NCBI GenBank assembly: GCA_973895155.1
Contig: OZ316896.1
Location: 12,194,549 to 12,258,548, forward strand
Direction: 5' to 3'
DNA: 64,000 nucleotides
Origin: Marsupella aquatica
Taxonomy: Eukaryota > Plantae > Marchantiophyta
Positions within the stretch are counted from its first letter, which is position 1; each line of letters opens with the position of its first letter. Shown here one piece after another: positions 39,544 through 52,220 of the stretch. The position numbers and the translations under genes are program-made. The notes beneath the pieces are model-generated. The model searched no databases. It saw only the letters and a list, made by a program, of their open reading frames with translations, and was not told the DNA's origin.

Positions 39544-40832
39544 GATCTTTCTCTACTGGTGAGGATATTTTGTTGTTCTGTTTACGAAACGGAATCCGCC
39601 TTTGGACAATTTTGTCTCGTTGCGGCTCTTGCCTAGACATTACTGTGTGATACACTGAGCAAGACTTGTTCCCCTGTGATCCTGTATGACGGGGGCTTTC
39701 ATGGTGGCTTCCTGCTAGTTCAGATGAGAGGAACGATAATTAGGTCTAATTCTCCTACTTTCTGGACCTTTGTTGGTGAATTTCGAGACCTACTCCTGGT
39801 ACTTCTTGTCTGATCATTTTCCATTTCTGTTGCAGCCTTCACCAGCCAGTTTGCAGGGAAGAATGTATTTTATAAGTTGTCGAATAGTTAAGAATTGAGG
39901 AGGTACGATATCGGTTCTGGGTACGCAAGGAGCAATTGGAGGAGCTATCAGATCGGTGATTGAGAAAAGTGCATTTTATAAGTAGATTTCAACACGACGA
40001 AAGAATGTTCAGGTGGCCCTCCCAATTGCTTTCAGTGCCCTTGATCTATTTATCGAAGCATTCTCCTGCGGGTGTGCCCTAGCTTCACGAATGCCTCTTG
40101 CTAGAGTAACGCAAGGAATCACACCTGGACACCCTGCGTGGGAAACACCAAATTATATGACTCCTGTATTATGTTTCCACGAGTTTTATCGAAAAAAGTT
40201 ATCTCGAAGGATCGTTGTGAGTCATTTATTGTGCACGAGTATTCTTGGAATGTGAACAGCTCACTTCTTTATGAGACAAAGGTTTTCATGGTATTGCTAG
40301 AATTCCTTAGACGTGAGAATTATATTCTGTCCATCAAGTCCATGTCTGATATGTAAGGCTCAAACTTGGAGGTCCTTCTGAGGAATTCAACGTGCTTCAG
40401 ACTCACTGTCCGAAGCTGGTCCCTGAGCTTTGAACAGGTTTACACGCCTGGACAATATTTTCCATGGCAGCACAGATGGAAAGATTAAGCCAACCTCTAG
40501 TTCATAGGAAACCCAGACTCCAGATTTCACAAACGGATCGTTAGGTCTGCATGCAAGGATGTGGAAAGGCCATTGCCTGATATGCAAAAGCTCCCACTTC
40601 AAGCGCTGCTTTGAGTCATAGCCTTGAGAAATGGCCTCCTGACTATGGTGAGGTGTGCTGGGAAGGCAGCCGCGGCGATGATGTGCCTCTGCAGCGGCTT
40701 GCGCGCGTCTAGGATATCCATGTCTCACAAGAAGAAGAGTTGGTTTGGACATTCGATGTGAATCATTTAGATCGCGGACTGTTGGGCTTGCCCTCTGCGT
40801 AATGTGTGTTCAGGAGATTTCCCTCGTGAATG

Positions 40833-41092
40833 CCTATTAACCTTCTCTAGACAATGGACCTTCTCTAGACAATTGTCAAGTAACATACATTGCTCAATGT
40901 CTATTAACCTTCTCTAGACAATTGTCAAGCAACATACATTGCTCAATGTTTATTAACCTTCTCTAGACAATTGTCAAGTAACATACATTGCTCAATGTCT
41001 ATTAACCATCTCTAGACAATTGTCAAGTAACGCACATTGCTCAATGTCTATTAACCTTGTCCAGACAATCGTCAAGTAATATACATTGCTCA
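40833..41092. repeat. 49-bp tandem repeat, ~5 copies
   Basis: ctattaaccttctctagacaattgtcaagtaacatacattgctcaatgt at 40901, 40950, 40999 and 41048. Confidence 0.92.
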
Positions 41093-41982
41093 ACAGCAGT
41101 CAAATGAATGGAATGGACTCTATGTATGTAGAGAGGACATATGTCGATTGTATTTGACATATTGTTCTCACATTCCCCTCGTGAATGTCTAGTAAACTTC
41201 TCCAGACAAACTAAAGCATTCATCAGATGCAAAACGAGGGGTGAAACCCCAATAAACCCATAGGCAACAAAACTACTTAGTAGTCAAAAATCGGAAATAT
41301 CTAGAAGGCGGACTGAATGCCCACTGAATAATTCTCGATTTTTCACTCCTCATTTTGTATCTGATGAATGCTTTAATTTGCTATGGTGGAGGTCTAAGAT
41401 GTAAATAATGACACGGATTCCTTGCATACATTAACCAAACTCAGTAGAGAGGGCTTCAGCTGGCCTTCAGTTACCTGCGAATTTAACATGTCTTTGCTCT
41501 CATCTGGCCTTCAGTTACGTGTGAACTTAACATGTCTTTGCTCTCTTCTTCAATCACCGCAGAAACTTATTCCAAGACCATTGTGCACTTCGACATACAG
41601 TCCTGTGCTATTGCACGCCAAAATATGTGACCACATGAAGAAGAACGAAAGGACTGCAAAGTTGAATTAAACTTATAACCGCGAGAAAAGAATCACACAA
41701 AATTCGTCAATTCATTGTCCTGCAGCTACGTGCGAGCTACAAGCGAATTATTCCATTTCAAAATTGTTGGTACCAAAACTATCAGATCCCTTCACACTAG
41801 CGGATTCTGATTCGTGACCCTACATCTCCGTGTGCTCTCTGTGACAGATTTTATGCCTGTCCCTCCAGAACACATGATTTCGCATTAAGCCACCAACTAC
41901 AACAACTGTGATCCGAATCTACGAGGATTTCATATCCAAACCGCGACAGTTGTGTACAGCTGAGGATTCTGCCCTCAGTCGC

Positions 41983-44900
41983 TCAAACTAGAGATCTTAT
42001 CAACTCGTGCCGATACAGTTTCTGCAGATGACCACAAGATTGTGTTAACTTTGATCCACAAACACATCTGCTCCGACAGTTAGATACGAACGAAATTAGA
42101 TACGACACTTAGATCGACTTGCTTCGGACATCAGATTTTGAACGTACAAATCCTTCAGTCAAAAGATTATGAACAAACATGCTGCTTATTGTTCTCCTTG
42201 TCCACGATATCTCTAGAATCACATTATTCGTGTATCAGGAAAGAACGATTGCCAATACATGAACAATGAAGGAAATTAAAGTGACTGCTGACACTCGTAA
42301 TCTACCTTAGAGAGGGCAATCCACGAATCCAGCAAATCATTGGCTTTTCCAGAGCGCTGCACTTCCCTAGCCAGTGCCACCCCATCTTTCAAGCTGGGGA
42401 CGACCCCACAAGCCATCAGGCCCGCTCCAGCATTCAATATCTGCAACATAACCAAGAGAAGACGGTAAGATTTTTCAAATCGAAAGAAATACTGATCATC
42501 TCAGAAAAATCACCGTCTGGTGTCACCTACTGTAATATTTACTGCCTTTTTCCATTCGCCCCTTGTTACCTACCACCCCCTTTCATACCGTATTTAGTGA
42601 AGGTCTAATCCCCTGTTGTTTCTGGGGTCCAGAATTGTTCCCAACATCTGGAGGATTTGCAACAGGGGGTTCATGGACCAGCGTTTTTCCAAGCGAATTT
42701 CGCCACTGAAAAAAATACTGGCGAAAAACTTAAAACACCTTAAAATTTCATGCGCAGCGAATGGAAAACAGGTCTTATCCTATCATTCGAATAACTACAA
42801 AAGCGCCAGCGGAGGGAAAGTAGTCAGTTCATTGATCAAGATACGTATCTATGACAAACAGACGATTAAAGTCCACAAGACGACCGATTGCGAGGGTGAA
42901 GAACGAGAACTGCGACGACCCACCAAAGCCTACGTGCATAACATAACATTATGCCTATGTAGTTGGACTACTGCAGAGAAGGAGGACCCGGAAAAAGGCT
43001 TGGAGACGGGAGATACCAATGCATTTGCAACGTGACCCTCTTCTCCAGCGAGGACATCCCGAAGAATCTTGGCATTTAGGGTCGAGTCTCCTCCTTTCAG
43101 ATCATTGACGGTACAACGAGGGATCCCAAAATCCACTGACATGATTGCCACCCACCAAAATGTGGTCAAACATTGGACGGTAATTGTGGAATAATCAATG
43201 CTGTTATACTGATCCAAAGCATGACATACATTTAAAATCAACTACTCTCCTTGATGTGGAGTATTATCGGATAGAAAAACATACAGGGGTCAAACTTAAA
43301 TTGCTGAATTTTGCTGGGGGTGACTTCCAGCACAAATCCACCACCTGTACATCCATTCAGCACACAAATTATCATGAACCGATCGTGGTACAATTAAGAA
43401 AAATCAAGACCAGTATACAGTCCAAAGACAACTGTTGCAGCAGCTACGGGAGCAGTGAATTTACCGATGGGGCTCATCTCATCTAGGCCTTCTGAATGCA
43501 CAACAAGCGCTCTCTGAATACCGAACTGTTGGAGAATTTTGGCCATTCTTTCAACCTGAGTCAAGCACAACCGAGAAATAGCTTTAATGCAAATTTCTCT
43601 AGGCAGATACTATCTTTCACCAACCGCTAAAACCAGTGCAGGGAGCCAATCCATAACCATTACATTAAAGCAAGGAGTCAACGATGGAAATCACCTCTGC
43701 AATCGAATTTATTGCAGAAAGCGCTTTTAATCAACGCTAAGTCAGTGCAACGAGTGAAATCAATCATTCACAAACCCTCCAAGCAACGAGTGAAATCAAT
43801 CATTCACAAACATATTGCCACCGGATCTGAATTTGTCTTATCTGTGATTGGCAAAACCAATTTTGGATCTGTTCTGGAGCTCAATGTTGACTAAACTAGG
43901 AGCTCGATATTGATGAGTCTTCTAGTACCGAAAGATTGTCTTTGGTAAATTAGGATCCTTATTTAAAAGTCACTTAAAAGCAAAGTTCCGGACAAAGTTA
44001 TCACGGAGTTTAACTTACAAGGTCTTGGCGATAGACGCCGACAATCGCGTAAGGCACCTTAGCCGGATTAAGCATTGGCCCCATGAAATTGAAAGCCGTC
44101 TTTATTTTAATGGCCTTTCTGATAGGGGCAACTTTGTTCATCGCTGTGTGATAGTTGGGCCCTAGCATGAAACCAATCCCAAGCTCGTTCACACATTGAC
44201 TCACTCCCTGCTCAGACAAACCATCATACCAATCATGCAATTAGTGCCAAGCAAACATGTCTTGTCGGTGCTGGGAAAGATACAGATTCGAAATCCTCCT
44301 CCCCAAGACGCTCTATCAGAGTGAATGACAAACCTAGCTGTAACTTGAAGTCAACATTTTTCAAACAATAACATCATCACGTTTGTTTATATATGAATTG
44401 CGCTTTGGAATTTAAGCAGGCAATGACTGGACGGACAACTTAGCAATGTTTGAATTCTAAGGCCACAAAGTCTAGCTAAGCTTTAAAAAACAATAAAAAG
44501 TCACAAGGGATTTCGTTCATGAGAACCTCGGGCCCAAGATCGATAGCCACCCCGAGTGCGGCCAAGACATCCGCACTGCCACATGCGGACGAGCTAGAGA
44601 AAGAGCCATGCTGCGCCAATGAAAGTCAACATATAAAAGCCCTTCAGTACAGGCAAAGCACAACCGCAGAAAACTTTTGATCTTTTGATCGAGAATGCCC
44701 TACACTAGAGAGATCAGCTCTAAACTTGGTGCTAGAAAAGTTCCAATGAAAATTTGCCAAACGAGAAGGATACATGGTCAGACAAAGAGTACTTACCTTG
44801 GCAACTGTTGCACCCGAAGCGGCAGCAAGGATTGCAGATCCAGTTGAGATGTTGACAGTGTCCGCCCCATCTCCTCCAGTTCCCACAATATCCAAACCTC

Positions 44901-46369
44901 CAACCACTCCTTTGACGGGAGTGCAGCGTTTGAGCATTGCCTTTGCAAGGCCTGTGACCTGAACATAAGTCAAAGTAGAGATGTACAATTGACAAACAAC
45001 AATAAGACAAGATTTTTAGTGAACTTTAAGAGCTAAGACTGCGTAACTGCATTGAAAACACCGCAGGCCGGAATTCCGGCAATAATTGTGAAGAGTTCAC
45101 AGCAAATAGAGCTCCCACCAACACATCAACAGACACATGCACCAATCGGCATAATCTTGAAGGGGGCTGCGTTGGATTGATGACAATCAAACAGTGCCAC
45201 TGTGCCACAGTACCAACTGCGCTTGTGAGATAGATTCTTGATCTGAGGATCCGTCAATTGTGTTTCCGTTTCATCGTGAAAGACACGAAGGACAGCTAAT
45301 CACCGGCAACAGAGACAAACCTCTTCCACGGTCTCCCCCTTCGCCCGGAGAAGTGTGAGGAAAGCACTGATCTGAGCTGCGTCAGCATCAGCGAGCAAAT
45401 CGTCCGCAAAGATTTCTGACTCCTCCTGCGTTAGGTCTACCTTTTCGAGCAACTGCTCGAGTACCTGTTTTACCACCATGGATCACCATCAACAAGCCAT
45501 GCTTAGACCTGATCCAAATTGAAATATATTCTTAGATCAAAGGTCTGATTAATTTAAGTCACTCTTGTTAGAGCCATCTCGAATATGCTTCGGTTTAAAT
45601 AATGCGAGAACGACTATATTATTGGATATGAATAATGAATCGAGCAAAACCAAATATGACGGAGTGACGAAGCAGTTAGTAGCAAGCTCACAGCTAAACC
45701 CTCCTAACAACCGAGAAACCTCCGCAATGTGAGATGCATCACCGAAGAAGTCTTCGGCAGTGCGCAAAACCCTCAACGGAATCATGAACAAGCAGCAATT
45801 CACGTACGGGTGCGCCCGCTAACGATTTTACCTCGACCCGATTATCACGATGCAACATTTTGATACGCTTTCTTATCTCCCCTCCTCCATTACTACCTTG
45901 AGCTACCAGTTTGCTCAACTTCGATTGTCCCGCTCTCTAGCTCTTACCTCTATTGTTGCATCGTGACAGCTACCGGTAACGAGATTGGACCTTAGTGAAC
46001 TGGTGAACTCAAATGCCATTGCCGCAGTGGTTCGTAACCTCTAACAGGCGATATTGGTCAAGTTTCAGAGTTAACTTCAAGGTGGGTACGTCAGTTAAAC
46101 AGTACCTGAGGAACCGAGAGACTAAAAGGTGGGTACGTCAGTACCTGAGGAACTGAGAGCGTCGCGCGAGGATTGGTCGCGGCGGCTCTGACTGACGCAA
46201 AAGTAGTCAACTTGGCTTTCCGTCTCCCAGCCGCCAAGTCAACTGCCCAAGGAGACCTCACGCTGACGCGAAAAGGAGAAGCACCCCGACGATGATTCTG
46301 CTGCAACGCAACGGAAGCAGATACAGGCCTAATGGCGAGGCCTCGAGCTACACTTGTCATGATTGTCAT
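41983..46369 (-). CDS. trpD: Anthranilate phosphoribosyltransferase-like protein (TrpD/PAT1 family), plastid-targeted; ~10 exons
   Basis: Exons 46369-46145, 45464-45321, 44958-44797, 44610-44527, 44207-44019, 43555-43465, 43344-43285, 43135-43017, 42440-42306 and a probable last exon 42021-41983. Motifs [46 protein letters not shown] and ILNAGA. Confidence 0.92.
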
Positions 46370-46489
46370 GGTTGCTACACTCGAAATGGAAGGAGTTGAG
46401 CTAGGTGTGAAGCAATGCGCTCAAGGACACGAAGAGAACGATCAAAATAATGCACGTAAAGCCGAAACGCTACGAAGTCTCGTCGAGGG

Positions 46490-46845
46490 ACTCAAATTCA
46501 CTCTCGACGCAAGCAGACAGTCTGCTAGTGAAACAAAGGAAACTCCTTCACTTAGATCTTCGTCGTCTCCTCAATTAATTCACTCTCGACGCAACCAGAC
46601 AGTCTGCCAGTGAAACAAAGGAAACTCCTTCACTCAGATCTTCGTCGTCTCCTCAATTCACTCTCGACGCAACCAGACAGTCTGCCAGTGAAACAAAGGA
46701 AACTCCTTCACTCAGATCTTCGTCGTCTCCTCAAATTCACTCTCGACGCAAGCAGACAGTCTGCTACTGAAAGAAATTCCTTCACTCGACTTCTCCTCAA
46801 TTCACTCTCGACGCAAGCGACCAGACAGTCTGCTAGTGAAGCGAA
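46490..46845. repeat. ~78-bp tandem repeat, ~5 copies, immediately 5' of the trpD-like gene
   Basis: aattcactctcgacgca..cagacagtctgc.agtgaaacaaaggaaactccttcact at ~46495, 46577, 46655, 46734 and 46799. Confidence 0.92.
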
Positions 46846-47144
46846 AGGGAATTCGTTGAAGCAATGCGGGCAACTCTCGACATTCTCTGCTTATATAGTG
46901 TGATCTACCACACAATAAAGCTTACAGCCAGTGCGTCGTCCGTTACTCATCATTACAATGAAGCCCCGAACATTCAACCCACCCAAGCATTAGTCGTGCT
47001 AAGTCATCATGATTCTCACAACGCCCATTGCGAGGAATACGGAATTCGTACTCGTTCCCCGCTGAATTCCTTCGGCGTCCAATACTCTCGTTCCTGTCAC
47101 TCTCCGAGTGGCTTTACAAGACGTCGGGGGCCGTTTTCCAACAT

Positions 47145-47364
47145 GTGATCGGGGCCGTCCATTGATTATAGCCATGAGTGTTTCGGTGACTACAATACTG
47201 ACCAGACGGACGGCTGTTCTTTTACACGTCACTTGCCAGATTAGCCCCATCAAGTGATCGGGGCCGTCCATTGGTTATAGCCATGAGTGCTTGGGTGACT
47301 ACAATACTAACCAGACGGACGGCTGTTCTTTTACACGTCACTTGCCAGATTAGCCCCGTCAAGT
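47145..47364. repeat. 109-bp tandem duplication containing an ACGT-core element
   Basis: gtgatcggggccgtccattg…ttttacacgtcacttgccagattagcccc at 47145 and 47254. Confidence 0.92.
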
Positions 47365-47524
47365 ACTTTAGCTGTCAGCTACGCTCAAAATGAAGCTATT
47401 GAAATACATGAAGTCATCAGTCAAGAATGGGGCATCCTGGTTGGGAGAGTTGCACAACTCAGCTAGTGAATAATCTGGAGTATCTCCCTCCTGGACCCAA
47501 TTAAACTATAGTTCTTTTGCGAGG

Positions 47525-47705
47525 CTTTGTGATTAGAGAGCAGCACAGCCCAAACTACAGTTCTCTTGCTGGGCTGAGTGATTGGGGAGCAGCACAACCC
47601 AAACTACGGTTCTCTTTGCTGGGCTTAGTGATTGGGGAGCAGCACAACCTAAACTACAGTTCTCTTGTCAGTGGGGCTTTCAATTGAGATTGGGAGCAGC
47701 ACAAA
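47525..47705. repeat. ~50-bp degenerate tandem repeat, 3-4 copies
   Basis: gtgattggggagcagcacaacccaaactac.gttctctt units. Confidence 0.85.
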
Positions 47706-49329
47706 GATGCACAAGCACATTGAATCTCTGCACTTCTGCGCACCTGATTGGTCAGGCAAAATTGGCGTCATTAGTTTGTTTTACTTCAAGTGGGACTTGA
47801 AGTTATTAATGTAAAAATTATCTTTGGGGTGGGGAACCAAATATGGGAAAATAAGCTAAATGGGCTATAAATAAATCATATCATATTAGAGCATCTCCAA
47901 CCCAATGGATTTTGCTTACTGTGTACATTAAATACTCAGTATGACAAAGTTCTTTTTTATTTCAATGTATATATCAATCATGGCCAACTGAAAAGCAGCC
48001 CCAACCTTGATGAGGTAATTTCTCTAAAAAACAGGTATCATCAGCTGACAGCTTACCATAGATTGAAGTTTTGAAAGCCCACTAAACAAAACCAGTAAGG
48101 AGCTGAGTTTTAAAGGTAGTTTGGACACGCTTCAATTTCATTGACGACAAATAGGAGAATTACACTTTCACAAACTGACAGTGAATTTTGGCCATTTTGG
48201 TTGAGTTATTCATCATGGAATGCAGAGGGATAAGTTTTATGCGCGCCATTAATTTTCATTGTGTTAATACTAAATATTAGGCCTTGGGTTTCTTATGTGT
48301 CAACCTTCTCTACTGGTTGCCTTTCCAGCAAAAACTAAAAATTACTTTAAGACTCACAATCACCAAGTAAGTTATAAGCCCAAAACTCCCACAGACCACC
48401 AAAATATGGTCCACAGGAGCACTGTGTCCAACATGGTGGTCCATCTGGACTTCACTTAGTTTCCAGAAAACAGTGATATATTAATCACAACCCATCCAAA
48501 GCTTATTTTTTGTCACCCCTATTGTACCCTTTTCTTCAGTTTACTTTGTTAATTTGAAATGTTACTTTTCAGTTTTACATTGACCATAAGTTGTCATTCC
48601 AAACAACATTGAGAGAGAAATAGAGTTGAAATTTTATAGTCATGTTAAGTAGGACCTCAATTCACTATAATGATGAGGTGAGTTAAAATAGGGGTTGTTG
48701 TTCACCAGGGTGATATGGGGTAAGTCAAACTAGTAAGAGGTTTTTTTGTGAAAACAGTACACTTTTAACACATAAGGTCATGTTTCCTCTTTTCCACTTT
48801 CAGTCTAATCTTAGCCATCCAACATCAACTTTGAAAAAACCATGAATACCTATTAACATACAATTATAAATACAATTAGTTACCATGAACTTTTATTGAT
48901 AAGTGCATCATGGTTACACAGAGTTTTTTCATGCACTTATCCAAACTTGTGCATTCCATTTTCTGTGCATAAGTGGAGGCACTGGTACGTACAAAGGGCA
49001 TATTCAAGGAGTGCACTAAACACTACTAACCCCAATGAAAACTGCAACCCATGGTTCTTATGCAGTTATTATGCATAACTGCATGTTATAGTATACTGGT
49101 CAACCGTAGGTGTATAATATGGCACTTGGCACCATCTTCTGGACCAGGCATCTTGCATTTATACATGCATGTTTGATTGTAGATAGATAATTCCCAAGAT
49201 AATCAGACAGACACATGTTTTACTATAACCCAAGAAGAGCATACTTACCAGCACAGACCTACAGATTGAACCATGGACCCCACACTGTTAAGCGGTTACA
49301 CAAACTAATAGAAGTAGAACAAAATCTAT

Positions 49330-49620
49330 GATGACGGCCATACTGAGCCATGTTGAATAACTCTTTCAAAACTTATCAAAAACTTGTGAAAATTGGCTCT
49401 CTAGAGAGCTTACTTGATTCTCTTTCTTTTGAAATATCAACACAAACCAAAATAACCATGGAACCCAAACAATTGGGCAGTTGCACAAATAAAAGTAGAT
49501 CAAAATTGATGATGACAGCCATACTTAGCCATGTCGAATAACTTTGTCAAAACGTATCAAAATCATCCAAAAGTTGGCTCATGAGAAAGCTTTTTTTATT
49601 CTCTTTATTTTGAGATATAC
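49330..49620. repeat. Degenerate ~110-bp direct repeat, spaced ~180 bp
   Basis: gatgac.gccatact.agccatgt.gaataact…tttga.atat at ~49330 and ~49511. Confidence 0.8.
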
Positions 49621-51884
49621 TGGGTTTCTTGAAATTTAGTATTAGTAAAGAAAACATGCTTGAAAGGTGAGTACTAATTTTGCAAAACTTGCATTTCACT
49701 CATTCAAACTTAACTTGAATGCCCCTTACCACAGACATGGCCCTAGTATCCTATGTCAATGTATAAAGGAAAAACAAAAATTTTCAATCCACATGTGAAA
49801 ACACTGATCATAGTACTAAGTGTGTCAGTGGAGTTTGACTTGCTATCACTCAATGAAAGTAAAATTGTGTTGTTAGGGGCAACATATGGGGCCTATAGTA
49901 TGTGAAAAAAGGGGGAAATATAACTTGCACAAATTTAATAAAATAATAATTTAATTTAAGCTAGAAAAATAGTCAACTGTCTTTCTTTAATGCAAATCAG
50001 CTTTAACACAAGTTCTTGATTCTTTTCGGAGGTTGGGCCACCCTCTTTGTTTGGGAAGCAGTAAGTTTTTAATCATGATTGTTTCAGAAGTCAAGTCCAA
50101 AGAAACAAAAATCTTCTAGAACTTAATGGTAAATGGAAACAAACAAAACTCCCTGTCACAAGTGTAGAATAATTATCATATTGAAGAGAGGTTGGCAATA
50201 GGGCAACCGGATGGGATGAGAAGCACATGTTTTGATCTTCTTGAATGTGTGCTGTAACAACCAGTAGAATGCAATAGCAATTTTTTTTCTTTCATCATGC
50301 ATGAATAGAAATTTGTCGGCAAGACATTCGAATTAGAAGAGAAGGGCTTGCCAAAATTGTTTAGCCTAATTAGGTGGGCCCCCTCAGTGTAGATTTTTAA
50401 TTGTTTTTTCTCTTGAATGTTTTTTTTTGTCTTAAATCACAAAACTTACTAGTTACCCAATGCTTGTGTCGTGCACCATTGTTGTTGTGGACATGTGGTC
50501 TTCGGTGAGGCAATGTCCGTGCATTGTAAAATTCAAATGCCAAGCCAGGTGACGCAAAGAAGTGTAGGCGATGCAAGGAAGTGTTGTGATTTCAGTTGTG
50601 TCATTTGTGGAGTCATGTTGTACGTGGTTGAATGTGAAAGAATCGTTGTTTTGGTACGTTGGGTGGTTGTTGCTGCAGAAATGTTGTCATTTTGGTGTTG
50701 CAAAAGTGAGGATGCTAGGGAGGGTGATGTTTGGCATGAGAGGCTTGGGGAGAGTCTCCAAGGAGTGTACGACGGGTGACATCAACCTGGGTGTCGCAGA
50801 GTTCTGGTGTGGTCGCGTCACAATTCATTACGTACATGTTCCAGGGAGGATTCTTTCCTCATTTTCTTTTCCCCCTTTTTCCTCCTTGCACCTCCCTTTC
50901 TCTCCTTTCAGTCTCCCTCCCTCACTCCCTTGTGTTCCCTATCCACGCCCTCCCTCCCCTTTTTCTGCTACACCACGCTTACAAAATGAGAAAAAAAATT
51001 CTTCATCTTCAAAGTAATTAAAAAGCAAAAACAAATCTCAAATACCAATATGCTTCCCTTGTAGTGACTACATGCCAGAAAGTAGATCACACAATCATGT
51101 ATATTTTATCTACTATAGAAGCAAGTATTTTCCTTAGGCATCCCCTTCCAGTCAATCCAAGGGTGTCACAAATTATGGAATACATATCAACATATCTTTC
51201 ATCTTGTTCCCTCCTTTACTGTTCACACAAGTTTGTAAACAGACCATGCAAGGAATTTTGGTGTGATCCGTATACAATGGTTCATATTCCACAATAAATG
51301 ACTAAGATATTTCTCCATTATGTGCAGATTCGACAATAAATGAATAATTTAGGGTTTGGGTTTTAATAGGCTTGTGCAGATGGTCAGGAAAAGTTGCTCA
51401 CAAGTATTTCAAATGGTGTGCTAGGAAGAAGATTTCATACTCAGGATTGAGGGATACTTTGTGCTGGGGCAGGAGGAATGTTTGGGATTTACAATTTGAT
51501 CCAGGTAGGGTTTATTTATGTACTAGGGTTTAGGTTTTGCTAATGTCATTTGATTTTTAGGCCCGTTTTTAGGTCAAAGAGAAACATTCAAGCTTTGAGG
51601 TGGACATAAACTGACAGAGCTTAAATGTGTTTAGGGCCTGTGTGTAGACATTTAGGGTTTATAGGATTGCTAACTTGTTTTCGATCAGTTTGATGATTCA
51701 ATGTTTTATCAAATAATTCATTGGCTGCAAAGTGTCTCAATGTCCTTTCAATTCAAATCTTAACATGTGGAGAGGAGCAAGCACATTATTGGGAGGTGGT
51801 TTACAAGCAGTGGCTGGTTATGCTGTGTCATCTTGAGGAATGTGCCCATGGAGAAAGAATAATTATAGGAGATGCATGGCCGGT

Positions 51885-52220
51885 TCCCTGAGTGGATGGT
51901 TTTTGGGTTTTGTCTAGCTACCGTCTTTGGGATCTCATTTCAGATGCTTTAATTCTCTTGTATGGTTCAGTAGTCAGCTTTTTGCTTCTAGGGTTTCTTC
52001 CCTCCTCTCGCAGCTGCCTCCTTTCCCAGTGGCGGCATGGCTGGGAGGACTCCCCCTCGTTTATTTTCTTCTCTGGTATTGGTGTGCTCCCTCTTCTAGC
52101 CACCATTGTTTTGTTTTCTCTCTTGTCTCCTTCCCCCAGGCAAAGGACCATTGTTTTGCTCTGGTTTTTATGGTAAAGTTTTTGGGGGCATGCCCTCTTT
52201 GAAAAAACTTATAAAAAAAA
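51885..52220 (+). mobile_element. Probable LINE 3' fragment
   Basis: GC/T-rich tract ending gaaaaaacttataaaaaaaa, the same TTATAAAAAA terminus as the L1 at 28361; no protein motif confirmed. Confidence 0.4.

Noticed and set aside
40833-41092. CRISPR-like array (also 46490-46845)
   Set aside because: Adjacent tandem units without unique spacers, no cas genes, eukaryotic context.
47889-47925. Tourist/Harbinger-like TIR GAGCATCTCCAA (similar at 61893)
   Set aside because: Only single ends seen; no matching inverted partner, so no element was called.
51340-51665. Interstitial telomeric repeat
   Set aside because: Only scattered single TTTAGGG motifs, not a tandem array.
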